A DNA stretch of 60,030 nt, counting the filler. It is 9 parts of 9 records of this genome, joined end to end, with 100 filler letters (N's around TTAATTAATTAA, not from the genome) between each part and the next. Parts side by side here need not be neighbours in the genome. Positions count along the whole stretch, not along the records: positions 52,922 to 60,030 come from SRR31156797_87840; 8 more parts are not named here. One strand, 5' to 3'. The notes below the pieces were generated by a model. That model was not told the DNA's origin. It did not search any database and worked only from the letters and a program-made list of their open reading frames with translations. A program made the position numbers and the translations under genes. Every line of letters starts with the position of its first letter. Position 1 is the first letter of the stretch. Of this stretch, positions 58,557 through 60,030 are shown in pieces.

Positions 58557-59794
58557 GGCTCTCGATTTCGACACGCTATGCCCTGTGCAGTCTCCGTCGC
58601 CATCTGCGGCGGACGATTCTGGCCATTCTCGGTATCGGGCTGGGCTCGGCGGTCTGCCTGTTCATGATCGCGTTCGTGCGGGGCGAAGGCAAGATGATGC
58701 TCAAGGCGGCCGCCGAAAGTGGGGCCGGCCATCTGCGCGTTGTCCCAGCCGCCTGGCCCCAGACGCGCGAAAACGATTTGCGACTGGCCGACTGGCGGAA
58801 CCTCCACGAGACTCTGCGGACCACCGAGGGGGTCACGGTGGTCACGCCGCACGCCCGCACGGAAGGCCTGCTGGCGTTCGGGACCCGTGTCGCGGGTGTG
58901 GAGATTGTGGGCGTCGATCCGACCACTCAGCAGACGGTCAACCGGCTCGTACGCAATGTCGTGGAGGGACAGTATCTCAGTTCCGATGAGCCGGGTACCA
59001 CGGTGGTCGGTCGCACCTTGGCCGAGCGTCTGGACGTGACGTTGGACGACCCGCTCATGGTCACGGTCGCCAATGCCGAGAGCGAAATGAGCAGCGCCAT
59101 GCTGCGCATCGTCGGCATCGTGGAGACCGGCAGCCGGGACCTGGATGGGACCATCTGTCACGTGAATCTTCAGGACGTCGAGAATCTCACCGGCAGGGCC
59201 GGTGCGGCCGATGTGACCGCGCTGGTGGACAACCCCAAGCGCCTCGCCCGTCACGTGCGCGATTTGCAGAGCAGGTTGCCCGATGATTACGCCGTGGTGA
59301 CATGGAAAGAAATCATGCCCGAACTGGCCTCGGGCACCGAAGTGGATGAGACCTGGACGCGCCTGACCGTGGGCTTGCTGATGACCGTGGTCTTTCTGGG
59401 GATCATGAGCGCCCAACTGGCGGCGGTGCTGGAGCGGCGCCGTGAGTTCGCGGTGCTGTCGGCCCTGGGGATGAAGAGCAGCCGGATGATACGCGTCATG
59501 CTGGCCGAAGGGGTGGTCTTGGGGCTGCTCGGTTCGGTGCTGGGCCTGGCCTTTGGCGTGCCCGCGGCCTACTACGTCGCGACCCACGGCATTGATTTCA
59601 CGAAAATGTACGGCACCGCGGATCTCTCCGTGTCGAATATTCTTTTCGATCCGGTGTTCAAAGGCGATTTCGGCTGGTGGCTGATCCCGTTGGCGTTCGA
59701 GTTGGCCCTGACGGCGACGGTTCTCAGTTCGCTGTATCCCGCATGGTTTGCGATTCGCACCGACCCGGCCGCCGCCCTGCGCGTGGAGCAATAG
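58553..59794 (+). CDS. LolC/E-MacB-type ABC permease (second paralogue)
   Basis: LRRHLRRT, ERRREFAVLSALG, YPAW...DPAAALR. Confidence 0.92.
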   Translation: MRLSISTRYALCSLRRHLRRTILAILGIGLGSAVCLFMIAFVRGEGKMMLKAAAESGAGHLRVVPAAWPQTRENDLRLADWRNLHETLRTTEGVTVVTPHARTEGLLAFGTRVAGVEIVGVDPTTQQTVNRLVRNVVEGQYLSSDEPGTTVVGRTLAERLDVTLDDPLMVTVANAESEMSSAMLRIVGIVETGSRDLDGTICHVNLQDVENLTGRAGAADVTALVDNPKRLARHVRDLQSRLPDDYAVVTWKEIMPELASGTEVDETWTRLTVGLLMTVVFLGIMSAQLAAVLERRREFAVLSALGMKSSRMIRVMLAEGVVLGLLGSVLGLAFGVPAAYYVATHGIDFTKMYGTADLSVSNILFDPVFKGDFGWWLIPLAFELALTATVLSSLYPAWFAIRTDPAAALRVEQ

Positions 59795-59814
59795 CCCAGC
59801 CCGAGGAGAGAATA

Positions 59815-60030
59815 ATGACAGATGAAGTTCTGGTAACGGCACGTGATGTCACCAAGGTCTACGATACGGGCAAGATCGAAGTCCACGCCCTGACCGGTGT
59901 AACCCTCGACGTCCATAAGGGCGATCTGGTCGCCATCGTCGGGCCCAGTGGCAGTGGCAAGACGACGTTTCTCAATCTCGTCGGTGCCCTCGATGTCCCC
60001 ACCGAGGGACAATTGACCGTGCTGGGCCAT
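59815..60030 (+). CDS. LolD/MacB-type ABC ATPase, N-terminal fragment (absent from the ORF track)
   Basis: RBS GAGGAG; MTDEVLVTARDVTKVY...VHAL...GPSGSGKTT; open to the window end. Confidence 0.92.
   Translation, partial: MTDEVLVTARDVTKVYDTGKIEVHALTGVTLDVHKGDLVAIVGPSGSGKTTFLNLVGALDVPTEGQLTVLGH

Noticed and set aside
28517-59842. Long antisense ORFs in GC-rich contigs (28517..29575, 39486..40856, 57300..58574, 58397..59842)
   Set aside because: Each lies opposite a gene with clear family motifs, as expected from codon bias in high-GC DNA.
1-60030. Abrupt composition and taxonomy shifts suggesting genomic islands, and apparent cross-segment gene clusters
   Set aside because: The shifts coincide with spacers, so the segments are separate contigs and adjacency across them carries no information.

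Overview
This window is not one locus. It is nine unrelated contigs joined by eight identical artificial 100-nt spacers (44 N + TTAATTAATTAA + 44 N), so synteny only holds within a contig. Taxonomic labels are my inference from protein style and base composition. (1) 1-6630: surface-glycan locus with a GT-C-type membrane protein, a HAD-like protein, a split transketolase, a GT2 and a ~400-codon ORF that the ORF track misses. (2) 6731-16831, Desulfobacterales-like: XRE-HTH-pilMNO behind a near-consensus sigma28 promoter, a sigma54 two-component pair, TPR, PfkB kinase, SH3, FmdB and recN. (3) 16932-22414, Bacteroidota-like: GNAT, Cys-motif RDD, nhaC and a TPR-like repeat protein. (4) 22515-28137, Bacteroidota-like: REP element, then an OM protein / atypical M1 peptidase / TraB-like protein / LytS-LytTR cluster with three 21-bp-phased boxes, then a MITE. 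(5) 28238-33730, alphaproteobacterial: MCP end, YihY, 17-kDa antigen, pdxH, a CDF with an altered metal site, nitrilase, DUF2892 and an RND adaptor. (6) 33831-41649: peptide-family ABC transporter with an isomerase, two phosphodiesterases and a fused permease. (7) 41750-47435: rplU-rpmA-obgE-proB-proA-nadD-rsfS-gpmI. (8) 47536-52821: arsR-arsC-lgt-GGDEF relic-flavin reductase-acr3, then two small secreted repeat proteins, each followed by a related hairpin; the same operator-like palindrome recurs upstream of acr3 and of the second protein. This is the best candidate for an undescribed system. (9) 52922-60030, possibly Planctomycetota: ppk1 end, Cys-rich miniprotein, PilZ, ferritin-like protein, nitrilase and a LolA-like/ABC export module. 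I saw no rRNA, tRNA, CRISPR array or transposase gene.
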